A stretch of 64,000 nucleotides of DNA, from the NCBI GenBank assembly GCA_030390025.1, contig CM059425.1, positions 169,944,001-170,008,000 on the forward strand. The letters are read 5' to 3'. The stretch comes from Squalus acanthias. Lineage: Eukaryota. The translations under genes were made by a program, and so were the position numbers. The notes under the pieces were generated by a model. The model was given only the letters and a program-made list of their open reading frames with translations. It searched no databases and had not been told where the DNA came from. Shown here piece after piece: positions 24,495 through 35,996 of the stretch. The number at the start of each line of letters is the position of its first letter. Position 1 is the stretch's first letter.

Positions 24495-25073
24495 AATGGT
24501 AAACCTTTATAAATCATTGGCTAGGCCTCAGCTGGAGTACTGTGTCCAATTCTGGGCACCACGCTTTAGAAAGGATGTTAATGCCTTGGGGAGGGTACAG
24601 AACAGATTTAGCAGATGGTACCAGGGATGAGGGATTTCAGTTATGTGGAGAGACTGGAGAAGCTGGGATTGTTCTTCTTGGAGCAACGAAGGTTAAGGAG
24701 AGATTTAATAGAGGTGTTCAAAATTATGAGGGATTTTGTTAGAGTAGATAGGGAGAAACCTTTTCCACTGGCAGGAGGATCATTAGCCAAAGGGCACAGA
24801 TTTAAAATAATTGGCAAAAAAGCCAGGGGGAGATGAGGAGAATTCTTTTTACACAGCGAGCTGTTATGATATGGAATGCACTGCCTGAAAGGGTGGTGGA
24901 AGCCAGACTCAATAGTAATTTTCAAAATGGAATTGAATATATACTTAAAAAGAAAAAATTTGCAAGGCTACAGGGAAAGAGCAGGGGAGTGGGACTAATT
25001 GGATATCTCTTTCAAAGATGGCACGATGGGCCGAATGGCCTCCTTCTGTGCTGTATTATTCTATAATTCTATG
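24495..25073 (+). mobile_element. CR1 3' fragment
   Basis: RPQLEYCVQFW..., ERLEKLGLFFLEQRRLR, tail gggccgaatggcctcc. Confidence 0.88.
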
Positions 25074-25089
25074 AACTGCCACCTACAAA

Positions 25090-25586
25090 TACAACAACTT
25101 GTATTTATATAGCGCCTTTAATGTAGTAAAACATCCCAAGGCACTTCACAGGAGCATTATAAAACAAAATTTGACACCGAGTCACATAAGGAGATATTAG
25201 GGCAGATGACCAAAAGCTTGGTCAAAGAGGTAGGTTTTAAGGAACGGCTTAAAGGAGGAAAGAGAGGTAGAGAGGCGGAGAGGTTTAGGGAGCAAATTCC
25301 AAAGGTTAGGGCCTTGGCAGCTGAAGGCATGGCCACCAATAGTTGAGCTATTAAAATTAGGGAAGCTCAAGAGGCCAGAATTAGAGGAGCGCAGATACCT
25401 CAGAGGGTTGTGGGGCTGGAGGAGATTACAGATATAGGAAGTGGTGAGGCCATGGAGGGATTTGCAAACAAGAATGAGAATTTTAAAACTGAGGTGTTGC
25501 TTAACCGGGAGCCAATATAGGTTAGCGAGCACAGTGGTCATGGATGAATGGGACTTGGTGCGAGTTAGGACATGGGCAGCAGAGTT
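25090..25586 (-). mobile_element. L2 LINE 3' end
   Basis: LYWLPV...FKIL...LKTYLF; tail ggcgctatataaatacaagttgttg. Confidence 0.9.
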
Positions 25587-26016
25587 TTATTTAAGATTAC
25601 TTTACAGAACTTACTTAAAACCACCTTTATAAATTTAGACAATATGTACACATGTATCTTTCATATAATTTTTAAACTTTAAAAATAAAGTTTGATAAGT
25701 CCCTAGGTTGTCTGTTGGTTCTCTTTACAATTTTAATGTACGTGAAGATCTATCATCCTAAGTGGACTCTAATTACAACTTTCAGATCTGGTGGCCTATT
25801 TCTGACAAATTGTTCCTTAAATAAATGTTTTAGACCAGTCTTTGTGAAGATTTGCACCAAAACTATGTAAGTATTTTAATTGAAGGTGAGGACAAATTCT
25901 GATTTAAACTTGATAATGTAATGTTTGACAATGTAGAGCATTCTGGTGATTGCTGTTTTTTCATTGATAGACAAGCTATATATGTCATTTATGTATATTT
26001 AAATGCTCACATAATT

Positions 26017-26922
26017 GCCTAGAAATTCGTTTGCCCCAGAAAACGTGCATGGAGATCGCGATGCGCTCGCAAATCGCGCCCGTTCAGAGGACTGCAGGCA
26101 GCACGCGAACTTTGTGCTGCCTGTTCATTCCCATAATTGTGGTGTTCAACCCCCTGCTGAACACACTGCTGAGTGGCTGAATACTCAGCAGGGGGCCGAA
26201 ATTCGTGCGAGGCTAGCACCAATTAAAGCTAGCCTGCACTACTTAAAGGCAGGTTGCACCTCTTAAAGGAGAGGTGCATTCTGCCTGCAACAGATCATTC
26301 AACTGACTGAGGAAGACAGTGGAAAAAAAAATCACTTAATGATGGCACAACAGGGGAGACTGCTCTCATACAAGCTCAGACTGCTGCCATCATGGTTGGG
26401 TTTACCAATGTGGAAAGGGGCTTGCAGGGTGTCACAGCATCCCAGCAATCTGTCCTCCAACAGATGGCTAGGAATGCTGATGCGCCACCCAGGGGAGTGG
26501 CAGTGGCTCCGTGGAGGACGAACCTGCTGTCCTCTCTCTGGATGACAGCATTTGTCCTCCCACCACTGCCACTCTGCCAGTGCCCTTGCTGTTATCTGTC
26601 AGCCAGCCAGCCCAGAGGTGCTCGAGGTCGTCCTTCAAGGCCATCTACAGTCTCCCCCACTGAAATGCAGCAGCCTTACACCAGCCATGCTACAGCCACT
26701 GCGGTAGTACTTTGTCAGAGCACTTAGACAGGCAAAGCCACACTGATGAGAGGCACTAAGGGAATGCACAAGGGTGATTAGTTGACTTTGTTAGGTTATA
26801 TTGGATGGATTGATGGACAAAGTTGGATTGGAATGTTTCTTTTGTGGTAGCTTTTATTTCAGCATTGTGGCCAAGAGGACGCTGTGATAGTCAGTAACAG
26901 AGGGAAGGTAAGATGTGGGACT
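26017..26922 (+). mobile_element. Degenerate, internally deleted Harbinger (Myb-gene side)
   Basis: Terminus gcctagaaattc; 26450-26900 is homologous to 56160-56640 and 62910-63190. Confidence 0.75.
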
Positions 26923-26936
26923 AGTCATAGAGTCAT

Positions 26937-27827
26937 GGGGGAGAAATTTGGTATCTCCCCATTTGGGGCGCAATTATTGGCCGGGCACAAAGTTTAGCGC
27001 CTGCCGCTAATTATCGCCTCCGACTGCAAACTTGGTTTCTATCGCCCCTGGAGGTGATTGAAGCGCTAAATCAGGTGCTACACACCTCTCTTAATGCGCT
27101 AACGCCGAGGAGCGAGGCACTATCTCAGAGCACTGGCGAAGCTCATGTGATGCCAGTCAGCAATGGAACACAGACACACTGGCGCTGGCCAGTTCTTAAA
27201 GGGGAGGGTCGATCTTGCTCTCCATCCACACTCTGCTCATTGCAGCCTTGAATTTCGGCCTGGAGAGACCTGTACATCAAATCTGCTGGAAAGAACAATG
27301 GAGAGACCCAGGGAAAGATGTCAGAGTGCAGCCCCCAAAGTCTCTTCTAAATTGATGCAAGGAAGATCAAATCAAAATGAACCTGCAAAGTGCTGCTCAG
27401 TACCCAAAACTCCTCAACACAGCGTTGAATATCTCTAGAAGTCTCTCTCTCTCACTCAGAATGCGTGGTGCAAAAATGTTGCCGGAAAAAAAGGCAGGAA
27501 CCGGTCACCTTTAAATAGCGCTCCCCTAGTCCCTTCCCGACTGCAAAATGCTCCCCTCAACCTGTCATTGCTAGCGGCAGGCGGTAAGGCAGGGGGCGCC
27601 ACTCAATATCCGGTCCGGGGCGCTACCGGGGCATTACACGCTCGACTGACGTCACAATCTGCGGGCGCAGGAGATCGTGGCGGTAGTGTTTAGCGCCGCC
27701 GCAAAATGTCTGGTCAATTTCGCGAGCGGCGCAAACATCGCCGCACCTGGGCACTAGTTGCTTTGCGCCCCATTAGCGCCCTCTTAAGGCGCTAACGGGA
27801 GGCGCAAACCAACCGAATTTTTCCCCC
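26937..27827. mobile_element. ~890-bp non-autonomous Harbinger element, copy 2 (opposite orientation)
   Basis: TIRs gggggagaaatttgg / ccgaatttttccccc; inserted in the (tagagtca)n CR1 tail. Confidence 0.9.
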
Positions 27828-28259
27828 ATAGAGTCATAACGGCATGAAGGAGGCCATTTGGCCCATCGAGTCCATGCCGGCTCTCTGTAGATCAATCCAG
27901 TCAGTCCCATTCCCCTCCGCTATCTCCGTAGCCCTACAAGTTTATTTTCCTCAAGTGCCTATCCAGTCTCCCCTTGAAAACATTCCACCACTTCCGTCGG
28001 CAGCAAATTTCAGGTCATCACCACTCGCTGTGTAAAAAAGTTTATCCTCACATCCCCCCTGTATCTCTTGAATATTAAGTGCCCAGTCCTCACCGTTTTT
28101 AAGCCATGTTTCCATTATTACCACAACATTATATTGCCACATGACTAATTGTGCTTGTAGCTCACCAACCTTATTCACCACACTTTGTGCGTTTATGTAC
28201 ATGCATTCTAAACCCATATTTCGTAGTCTTTCTTAGTCTGCTCCTATCTAATATGGTAC

Positions 28260-28432
28260 TGTGGTAACACAATACAGCTTCCTGTGACTCGAACTTTATT
28301 GCATCACTTCCTGTGATTAGTCCAGGATAAATACTGGACTGATCAGTTGGATCCTGGAGAGGCATAGAGTAAGACCTCTTTTGTATGTAGCTTACTTTAA
28401 GTTCACCACGCGTAAGGCTCATTCTTACGACA
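28260..28432 (+). repeat. 5' LTR (173 bp)
   Basis: Identical by eye to 30196-30368. Confidence 0.95.
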
Positions 28433-28510
28433 ATTTAATCAACTTTGGAAAACTTCGCACTCAAACTTTTTGGACGAACTCGGAACTAAGGATCCAGGGA
28501 ATCACCCATC

Positions 28511-29707
28511 ATGGAAAACATCCTTAAACCATCGCATCTTGACTTGGACCCAAACACCCCAGCAGCCGGTAAGGTGTGGAAACACTGGTATCGCACGTTT
28601 GACAATTTTCTTGAATATTGTAAGGCTGATGATAACTCAAAGTTGCGGATACTCATCAACTGTGTCACCCCGAATGTATTTCAGTATGTGGAGAAATGGG
28701 ACAGTTACGAGGAGGCAATTCGGACGCTTAAGAGACTATATACTAAGACACCGAATGAGGTCTATGCCAGACATCTACTAGCTACAGCACAACAAGGGCC
28801 GGAGGAATCCATTGATAAATTCCTCCAAGAGCTTCGCAGACTTAGTATGGACTGTAACTTTCAGGCGGCCTCAGCTGAGCTGTACCGTGAAGAAATGATC
28901 CGTGATGCTTTCATCTGTGGGCTTGCCTCCCCATTTATACGCCAGCGTCTACTGGAAAGTAAGACACTTGAGCTTCAGAAAGCTTATGACATGGCTTGCT
29001 CTCTAGATCTGGCAAAAAGAAATGCAGACCTTTATACAGTGCCCAGACCTCGGTCTACTGCCTTAACTACAGTCAGGCAATTTAAGAGGCCACAGGTGAA
29101 CTCTATTAGGGAGGTCTTTATCCCTGACGATCAATCTGATGACTTCACTGATGAAGAGGATGATGACCCCACTGTGGCAGCCTCTTGGCAATCTAAGAAA
29201 TGCTTCTTTTGTGGTGATGAGTTCCACCCTCGGAAATTCTGCCCTGCTCGCAATGCGTTTTGCAGTCATTGCAACAAAAAGGGTCATTTTGCAAAGGTTT
29301 GCCTATCAAGAGCCTCTACGAGGGCTTATCAAGCTAAGTCCTACCAAACTGCCCCGGTAAGGGCCTATCAAGATGTTCCGGCTAAAATCTATCGTGCTTC
29401 CTCTCGAAGAAACACACCTAGAGTTTCAGCCACTCTTTGTGCAACGACACCAATTACAGCTGCTTGTCCTCAGAACCTATTCCATGCAGCTACAAAAGCA
29501 TCAATTAATGGACATACTTTAGATGCCTTAATTGACTCAGGTAGCACTGATAGGATCGGGGCCCTTCTTTTATGTCAGGAGAACTCAAGGCCTATCTCTC
29601 GGAACGGGGTATTGCTGCCAGCAAAACGACGCCTTATCATCCGGTCGGGAATGGGCAAGTCGAGCGTTTTAACGCTATCATCTGGAATGTGGTACGTCTG
29701 GCTTTGA
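28511..29707 (+). CDS. Gypsy Gag (two CCHC knuckles) + protease N-terminus, running out of frame after the deletion junction (~29552)
   Basis: CFFCGDEFHPRKFC and CSHCNKKGHFAKVC; ALIDSGST aspartic protease motif. Confidence 0.88.
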   Translation: MENILKPSHLDLDPNTPAAGKVWKHWYRTFDNFLEYCKADDNSKLRILINCVTPNVFQYVEKWDSYEEAIRTLKRLYTKTPNEVYARHLLATAQQGPEESIDKFLQELRRLSMDCNFQAASAELYREEMIRDAFICGLASPFIRQRLLESKTLELQKAYDMACSLDLAKRNADLYTVPRPRSTALTTVRQFKRPQVNSIREVFIPDDQSDDFTDEEDDDPTVAASWQSKKCFFCGDEFHPRKFCPARNAFCSHCNKKGHFAKVCLSRASTRAYQAKSYQTAPVRAYQDVPAKIYRASSRRNTPRVSATLCATTPITAACPQNLFHAATKASINGHTLDALIDSGSTDRIGALLLCQENSRPISRNGVLLPAKRRLIIRSGMGKSSVLTLSSGMWYVWL

Positions 29708-30132
29708 GATCTCGGGGCCTACCCAACCAGCAATGGGAAGCAGTACTTCCAGACGCATTACACTCCACACGGTCCCTCTTTTCGACCGCCACAAATACGA
29801 CGCCTCATGAACGGTTCTTCCGATTTCAGCGTCGCTCATCCGACCTGGGGCAGACTGACTATGAGCCCGTCGGGGCTCGCACGCGCAGCCACGATCCACC
29901 CTGTACCGTACGCTCGGAAACAGATCTGCCACAGCCCTGCCCGACACCCGTTCGGGCACCAGTACACAGTCAGGATCGTCCTGACCCCTCACAGAGCGGG
30001 CTGGATCACTCGGACTCTGGTCCACGGCCCGCGGCGGGTAAACGGGCTAGGGGCCCTCTACCGCTACGAGAACCCAAACGGGTGCGGCTCTCCCTCGTCC
30101 AGCGGCTACGAAATGGAGGGAGAATGTGGTAA
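29554..30132 (+). pseudogene. Gypsy integrase C-terminal remnant
   Basis: DRGPSFMS...TTPYHPVGNGQVERFN (second D and E of DDE), STATNTTPHE. Confidence 0.88.
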
Positions 30133-30195
30133 CACAATACAGCTTCCTGTGACTCGAACTTCATCCCGGCCTCCTAATCTTTTGGGGGGGGAGAA

Positions 30196-30368
30196 TGTGG
30201 TAACACAATACAGCTTCCTGTGACTCGAACTTTATTGCATCACTTCCTGTGATTAGTCCAGGATAAATACTGGACTGATCAGTTGGATCCTGGAGAGGCA
30301 TAGAGTAAGACCTCTTTTGTATGTAGCTTACTTTAAGTTCACCACGCGTAAGGCTCATTCTTACGACA
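30196..30368 (+). repeat. 3' LTR (173 bp)
   Basis: Preceded by a polypurine tract, followed by the TSD. Confidence 0.95.
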
Positions 30369-30484
30369 GGTACTATTACCACCTCTAGTACTCTCTTCTC
30401 TAGTACTATCCAACACACTCATTCTTTAATGCACCTTATTCCTCTTTTCTTCTCCTATATGCTGGTGCCCATCCCCCTGCCAAG

Positions 30485-31453
30485 CTAGTTTAAACCCTCC
30501 CCAACATCACTAGCAAACCTCCCCGCAAGAATATTGGTCCCAGCTCTGTTGAGGTGTAACCCGTCCGGCTTGTACAGGTCCCACCTTCCCCAGAAATGGC
30601 CCCAATGCCTCAGGAATCTAAAGCCCTCCCTCCTGCACCATCTCTCCAGCCATGCATTCATCTGTTCTATCCTCCTATTCCTGTGCTCACTAGCACGTGG
30701 CACCGGGAGTAATCGGGAGATTACTACCTTTGAGGTCCTGCTTTTTAATCTCTTTCCTAGCTCCCTATAGTCTGCCTGCAGGACCTCAACCCTCTTTCTG
30801 CCTCTGTCGTTAGTACCAATATAGACAACGACCTCTGGCTGTTCACCCTCCCCCCTCAGAGTGTCCTGCAGCCGCTCAGTGACATCCTTAACCCTGGCAC
30901 TAGGGAGGCAACTTATCATCCTGGAGTCATGTCTACGGCTGCAGAAACGCCTATCTGCTCCCCTAACTATCGAATCCTCTACCACTATTGCTCTTTCACT
31001 CTTTTTCCTCCCCTCCTCCCCCCCCACCCACCCCCGTGCAGCTGAGCCACTCGTGGTGCCGTGGACTTGACTCTGGCTGCACTCCCCAGAGGAACCATTG
31101 CCCTCACCAGTACTCAGAACAGAATACTGGTTGGAGAGCGGGATGCACTCCGGGGACTCCTGCACTACCTGCCTGGTCCTCCTCTTCTGTCTGGCGGTCC
31201 CCCATTCCCTCTCTGCCTGCACACTCTTAAGCTGCGGGGTGACCACCTCTAGAAATGTGCTATCCACATAACTCTCAGCCTCGCGGATGCACCGCAGTGA
31301 CTCCAGCCGCCACTCAAGCTCCGAAACACGGAGCTCAAGTTGCTGTAGCTGGCGACACTTCCCACACATGTGGTCGTCCAGGCTACGTGAAGCGTCCAGG
31401 ACTTCCCACATGGCACAGGATGTGCACTCCATGGGACTGAGCTGCCCTGCCAT
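30485..31453 (-). CDS. CR1 ORF1 protein (Zn finger, coiled coil, SGNH esterase-like), uninterrupted 322 aa
   Basis: CTSC...CGKC, LELRVSELE, VEDS (GDS variant), IGTND, DGLHL. Confidence 0.88.
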   Translation of the reverse strand: MAGQLSPMECTSCAMWEVLDASRSLDDHMCGKCRQLQQLELRVSELEWRLESLRCIREAESYVDSTFLEVVTPQLKSVQAEREWGTARQKRRTRQVVQESPECIPLSNQYSVLSTGEGNGSSGECSQSQVHGTTSGSAARGWVGGEEGRKKSERAIVVEDSIVRGADRRFCSRRHDSRMISCLPSARVKDVTERLQDTLRGEGEQPEVVVYIGTNDRGRKRVEVLQADYRELGKRLKSRTSKVVISRLLPVPRASEHRNRRIEQMNAWLERWCRREGFRFLRHWGHFWGRWDLYKPDGLHLNRAGTNILAGRFASDVGEGLN

Positions 31454-33004
31454 GCCTCTATTTAATAGACTAAGAACTAACCCAGGCGAAATAAACTTAA
31501 AACTTAACAGAAAACACTCCCCAGCTACTCACCAAACAGCTCTTTCCCTCTATTTAATAGGCTATTAACTAACTTAGCAGAAATAAACTTATAAACTTAA
31601 AAAAAATATACACTCACCAGCTACTCACTAATCAGCTCATTCCCTTGTGCCAACATTACTTTTTTTACTCTGACGTCACTTTTTCAAAAACTGTCTCTGT
31701 TGAGTTGCTGCCGCTCGGGACTGCTCCGCTCTCGCTGTGCTCCCTCCAGGTCCACTCCTTCCGGTCTCAGGCTCCTGCTGCTCGGGACTGGTCCTTTTAA
31801 CTGCTTGCTCTCGCTGTGCTCCCTCCAGGTCCGCTCCTTCCGGTCTCTGGTTAGATGCAGATTAAAGCTCATTTTATTCTGTGTTATTTTAGAGAGGCTC
31901 ACACACCATCCTGGATTATTGGCTTCACAAATAACATTTGTGCTATTGTTATCCAAATAATATTAAGGTTAGTTTCATGAATTACTCAGCATGCTGCATT
32001 CTGTCACTGGAGGGTATATTTTCCTGATAACTACAAAATATTTCAAGGCTACTATTTCCATGTCATTTCTGTAGGCCGGTAGAATGTACACAAGCACAAA
32101 TGGAAGCACTTTGAGTACTCAATGTCTTTACCAAGATTCAGAATAGCAACATGTTTTCTACCCCATAATAGCTGGTACTAAGTCAAATTACCATGGCTGG
32201 CTGCACATCATCACATCTATGGATTAGAGGAGCTGGACTGAAAAGTGCTTGTGAAGATCCTGATGATTCACAAAGAGCTGATGATAGCAGGAACTCAGGC
32301 AAAAAATCAGGTTCATCCACAACCTGGCTGAAGCGTTGAACTATTCTCCAGTGAATCGACCTTCGAAGATTATTATAACCTTCAAACTACTGTGACATCA
32401 TTAATGTTAGCTTTTTGTGGAATTGGATGCTAAGTCGGTGGCTTTTTGAGTGGCACAGTACCTAATCCTCTCCTGATTACTTGAAATATCAATCAATAAT
32501 AAGGACAAAAAGTCTCTAAACTTCTACTTGACAGCAGAAAGTAGAAATTGTGAAGTGTTTTGTAAAATTTCTCACATTAACATTTAGTTGCTATGTCACC
32601 AGAAGCACAGTGCAGCACAAATGACAGTTATTATTAGTTATATAGAGTGGAAAGTATTGAAAAAGATATATTACAACTGTGAACAAGATGAAGAGTTACT
32701 CACAGTCAATGACAGTTCAATTTTGGCTCTAGCTCAGCAAAACTGCTTTGTGTGCCACAAATTGAATGTAACTTTTATCAATGCTGGGACCACCCTGCAG
32801 ACTAACAAGACACTCCTTCAGTTTGAATATTTACAGGTAGCTCATAAGTAAGGAAATGGGTTTTCTCATATCCTGGAGTCCTCTGGGTGCAATCCAGTTT
32901 TTTCTGCCCATCCCACACCCCTTAAGGCCTTTCAGTTTCTCCTATTGGGTCTGTTGCTGGTATAGCTCTTTACATTGGTCAAAAGCAATATGGAGAACAC
33001 TTTT

Positions 33005-33225
33005 GGTAATGTAAAATTTACTGATAACATTAAGCTAAGTAGCCAAGTGACCAGTATAGACGATTGAAAACATTCAAGGGGACCTGGACACACTAAGCTG
33101 ATGAAGAGATGGATTGTAAATGGTAGGTAATGAATAGTGGGACAGCAAAAGTTAGATGTGCATAAACAATAAATGGCTGTCTATTAAACAAAGGTGCAGG
33201 CAAAAGGATTTGATTGTGATTATAT
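33005..33225 (+). mobile_element. Ancient CR1 RT fragment
   Basis: VKFTDNIKL (~KFADDTKL) and IQGDLD. Confidence 0.55.
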
Positions 33226-33284
33226 AACCTACTCACTGAAACTATCCAATTAAGTTGTTATTGACAAGGTTAATCAAGTATTAC

Positions 33285-33525
33285 TCGCCTGATGGCTCAG
33301 TTAGTATTGGCAGTATGCAGCTGAACCGTACAGATCAGAAGGCCCTGGCTTAATTCAGCACAGTGGGGGAAAAATTAGAGAAGATTCCTACTTCGGATTA
33401 TTATCCCGTGATCCCTGCTGAAATGTATGGGTGTGTGAATGTCTGGTGAGGACAGGAAGATGGGCTGTGATACTCTCCACAATTGAATACCCCACTGTTA
33501 TTTATTGTCTAGACTCTGACATGAC
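33285..33525 (+). mobile_element. tRNA-derived SINE, Deu-domain-like
   Basis: A-box-like tggctcagttagta; ggtgaggacagga..gggctgtgat shared with 7566-7805. Confidence 0.55.
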
Positions 33526-33531
33526 GAATAA

Positions 33532-34118
33532 GGGGGAATTTTAACTCCCGGGTGGTCAACCGGCCAGATACATGTGCAGAGCATCGAGAAAGTGCAGCAG
33601 GTGGCTCAGTCTGTGTTTAACAGCTGGGTAACATTTAAATGGAGCCGGTGAGTTGCCTGCCCTGAAAAGCACTTGTGAAGATCCTGATGGCAGAGGCAGC
33701 TTGCCGGGTTTGGCCTGGTGCTGTATCGGGCGGCTAGGCCGGTGGCAAGGTAAGTCATCGCATAAGGATTGGGGAAGGTTTCGGGAACGTCGAAGGGTGG
33801 GGGGCCTGGGCAACAGCGGCCCTGCTGCTCTTCCTAGCCCCACAAAAATAAGCTTTTTATTTACCGTGGAAGGAGTCCCTCCGACAGCTTATAGTGAGCG
33901 GAGCGTTTCCAGCCGATGATCGGCCGAGTAGGCTGTAAATATGGCTTCGGGCTCCTATCTACATAACAGGACCCCGATTAACATAAATTCATGAGGCTCC
34001 CACCTGAATCAGGCGGACGCCTCAGCCGCCTGGCTTTAAGATAGCTGCAGGGCGGAAAATGAGCGGTAAGTGGACCGCTTTGATTTTAACTCCCGTACCG
34101 CGGCCGCTTAATTTCCAC
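33532..34118. mobile_element. MITE-like element related to 2693-3313
   Basis: Left end ggggaattttaac; GC-rich body; right end degenerate. Confidence 0.4.
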
Positions 34119-34772
34119 AGGGCAGAGGCATTTCCGAAGCAAGATATTGGAAGTTGCCTATTGCCCATGGAGCAGCGCTCTATCATAAGTCAATGCGTTC
34201 ACAAGATAAGGGGAAAAAGTGGAGAAAACTGGCGACAATTATCACGGTTAATTAAGTACTTGGATGCATTTCTTCATTGAGTAGTAGAATAGATTCCCAT
34301 ATAAAGCAGCTAATGCTATATTGAAGAACTCCATTAAAAAGGAGCTGGTTGAAAATAAATTTTGATGAATGGCATAGAAGGTCATGAAAATATAAATGGA
34401 TGATAGATATAGATGATCATATTTTCTATGGAATATGATGCCTCCTATGCTACCGATAGTATGGATGTGCCCTTCTGTTGAATGCAACCTATCAGAGTCA
34501 AATAATAAGCATCGCAAGGTATGATTGATATCCTAGATTTTTACTCAATTATCTGGTTGGGAGGGCCTGGCTGAAATGTCACAGAGCTTTATCTTGGAGG
34601 CTTCACCTGTGTCTGGCTGCTTCCTTCAGACAATTGAGTAGGGTCCATGATAGGACAAATGGTTATTGAAGAAAAATGGCAGAAACAAATTTCAGGAAGC
34701 ATTTTGAGCAATTTGTGGGAACTAGATTCCAATCATGGAGCGATAAACTTGCATTAAAAAATAGCACCTATT

Positions 34773-34940
34773 GGGGGTAAATTTGACTTTGTGCGATAGT
34801 GTACAATGGGTGATAGCAAATCAACCACCTAATTTACATCTCTCCCGAAGTCAATGGAAAATAAAAATAGGGAGAGATCAACCGGCTGCCAATTCGCTAA
34901 CGCCTGTTTTACACTATTGCACAAAGTAGAAAATACCCCC
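34773..34940. mobile_element. 168-bp palindromic Harbinger-type MITE
   Basis: gggggtaaatttgactttgtgcgatagtgta / tacactattgcacaaagtagaaaataccccc; TSD ATT on both sides. Confidence 0.8.
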
Positions 34941-35280
34941 ATTGTGTGTGACACAGGCTGTGACAGGATATTTTGCACTTTTAATATTGAAAAATCCCCT
35001 ACTGGAGGAACAGGTACTTACAATGAGTTAATTGAGCTTAATTTGTAGAGAGAACAGGATGATGGCCAAATGTTTTTTTTCTCTCTTTCAATGCTTCCTT
35101 AAGTACTTATAAGAAGGAATTTTATGAATTTGCACTCCCCAGTGGATCATCACCTGTCGGCGGCATATCAGGAATTTGGTGCTGAGAGCAGTGAGCACTG
35201 AATTCTCCATCGATTTATTTTAATTCATAATATTTATCCTATATTGTGATGTTTAAAATCTGTCTATCTATTATTGATTA

Positions 35281-35598
35281 TGATGCGGAGATGCCGGTGT
35301 TGGACTGGGGTGGACAAAAATGAGAAGTCGCACAACACCAGGTTATAGTCCAACAGTTTTATTTGAAATTACGAGCTTTCGGAGCGCTGCTCCTTCGTCA
35401 GGTAAAGTGAGGGAATACAAATCAGATACAAAGCATATATAGACAGAGAACAATGTGTTTCTGACTGCCCTCCATCACACCACCTCGGCAGAGATACAAT
35501 CAGTCAGGAAGGCATTACATCAAAGACACAGCAAAATACAGCTAAGACAATGAGGTGGGGTCACAGGGGGTCCAACGTGTCAAATGCTGCAGTCTGCA
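35281..35598 (-). mobile_element. Penelope 3' end fragment (pLTR + 3' UTR)
   Basis: Colinear with 59646-59995. Confidence 0.88.
35369..35405 (-). ncRNA. Minimal type-I hammerhead ribozyme motif (compensated stem I)
   Basis: TTAC-CTGACGA-A-GGAGC-agc-GCTCC-GAAA-GC-TC-GTAA. Confidence 0.8.
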
Positions 35599-35609
35599 GT
35601 TAAGAATTT

Positions 35610-35820
35610 TATTTATGTCCTTTAGGGAAGGAAGCCTGCAAACCATGCCCAGTCTGGTCTATATGTGACTCCAGTCCCACACCAATGTGGTTGACTCTTA
35701 ACCAGCCTCTGAAGTGGCCTAGCAAGCCATTCAGATGTATCAAAACTCTTTCAGGGTAACTAGGGATGGGTAATAAATGGTGGCCAAGTAGCAATACCCA
35801 CATCCTGAGAATGGATTAAA
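35610..35820 (+). mobile_element. SINE-like / non-autonomous retroposon sharing the 3' tail of the Crack-like LINE
   Basis: gggtaactagggatgggtaataaatg...cccacatcct matches 5088-5140 and 10234-10286, but the upstream sequence is different. Confidence 0.6.
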
Positions 35821-35996
35821 AACAGGCAAAGCAAAACTGGGGTTAAAGAGATAAAATGGGTATGAGAGAGATATAATCTGTCCTTCATAATTAAATGTTA
35901 TTTCAATTTCCAAAACACAAATTAAATTTGAAGCCAACTAAATGTCTCCACCTATGTTTTTTTGAGAATGAGAAAAAGTCAATGCTAATCACTTAC

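Larger units (their letters stand above)
28260..30368 (+). mobile_element. Gypsy/Ty3 LTR retrotransposon, internally deleted, very young
   Basis: TG...CA LTRs, 5-bp TSD GGTAC (28255-28259, 30369-30373), PPT ggggggggagaa, gag-PR/IN remnants. Confidence 0.95.
26923..31850 (-). mobile_element. CR1 copy D: intact ORF1, ORF2 almost entirely deleted; hosts MITE copy 2 and the Gypsy element
   Basis: 3' end 27828-28070 matches CR1-C; joins directly to the ORF2 N-terminus (YINAQSVVNK..ETWL..LNIQ); ORF1 at 30485-31453. Confidence 0.85.

Noticed and set aside
32190..32340. Short coding-looking stretch (MAGCTSSH...)
   Set aside because: No convincing splice sites or homology recognised.
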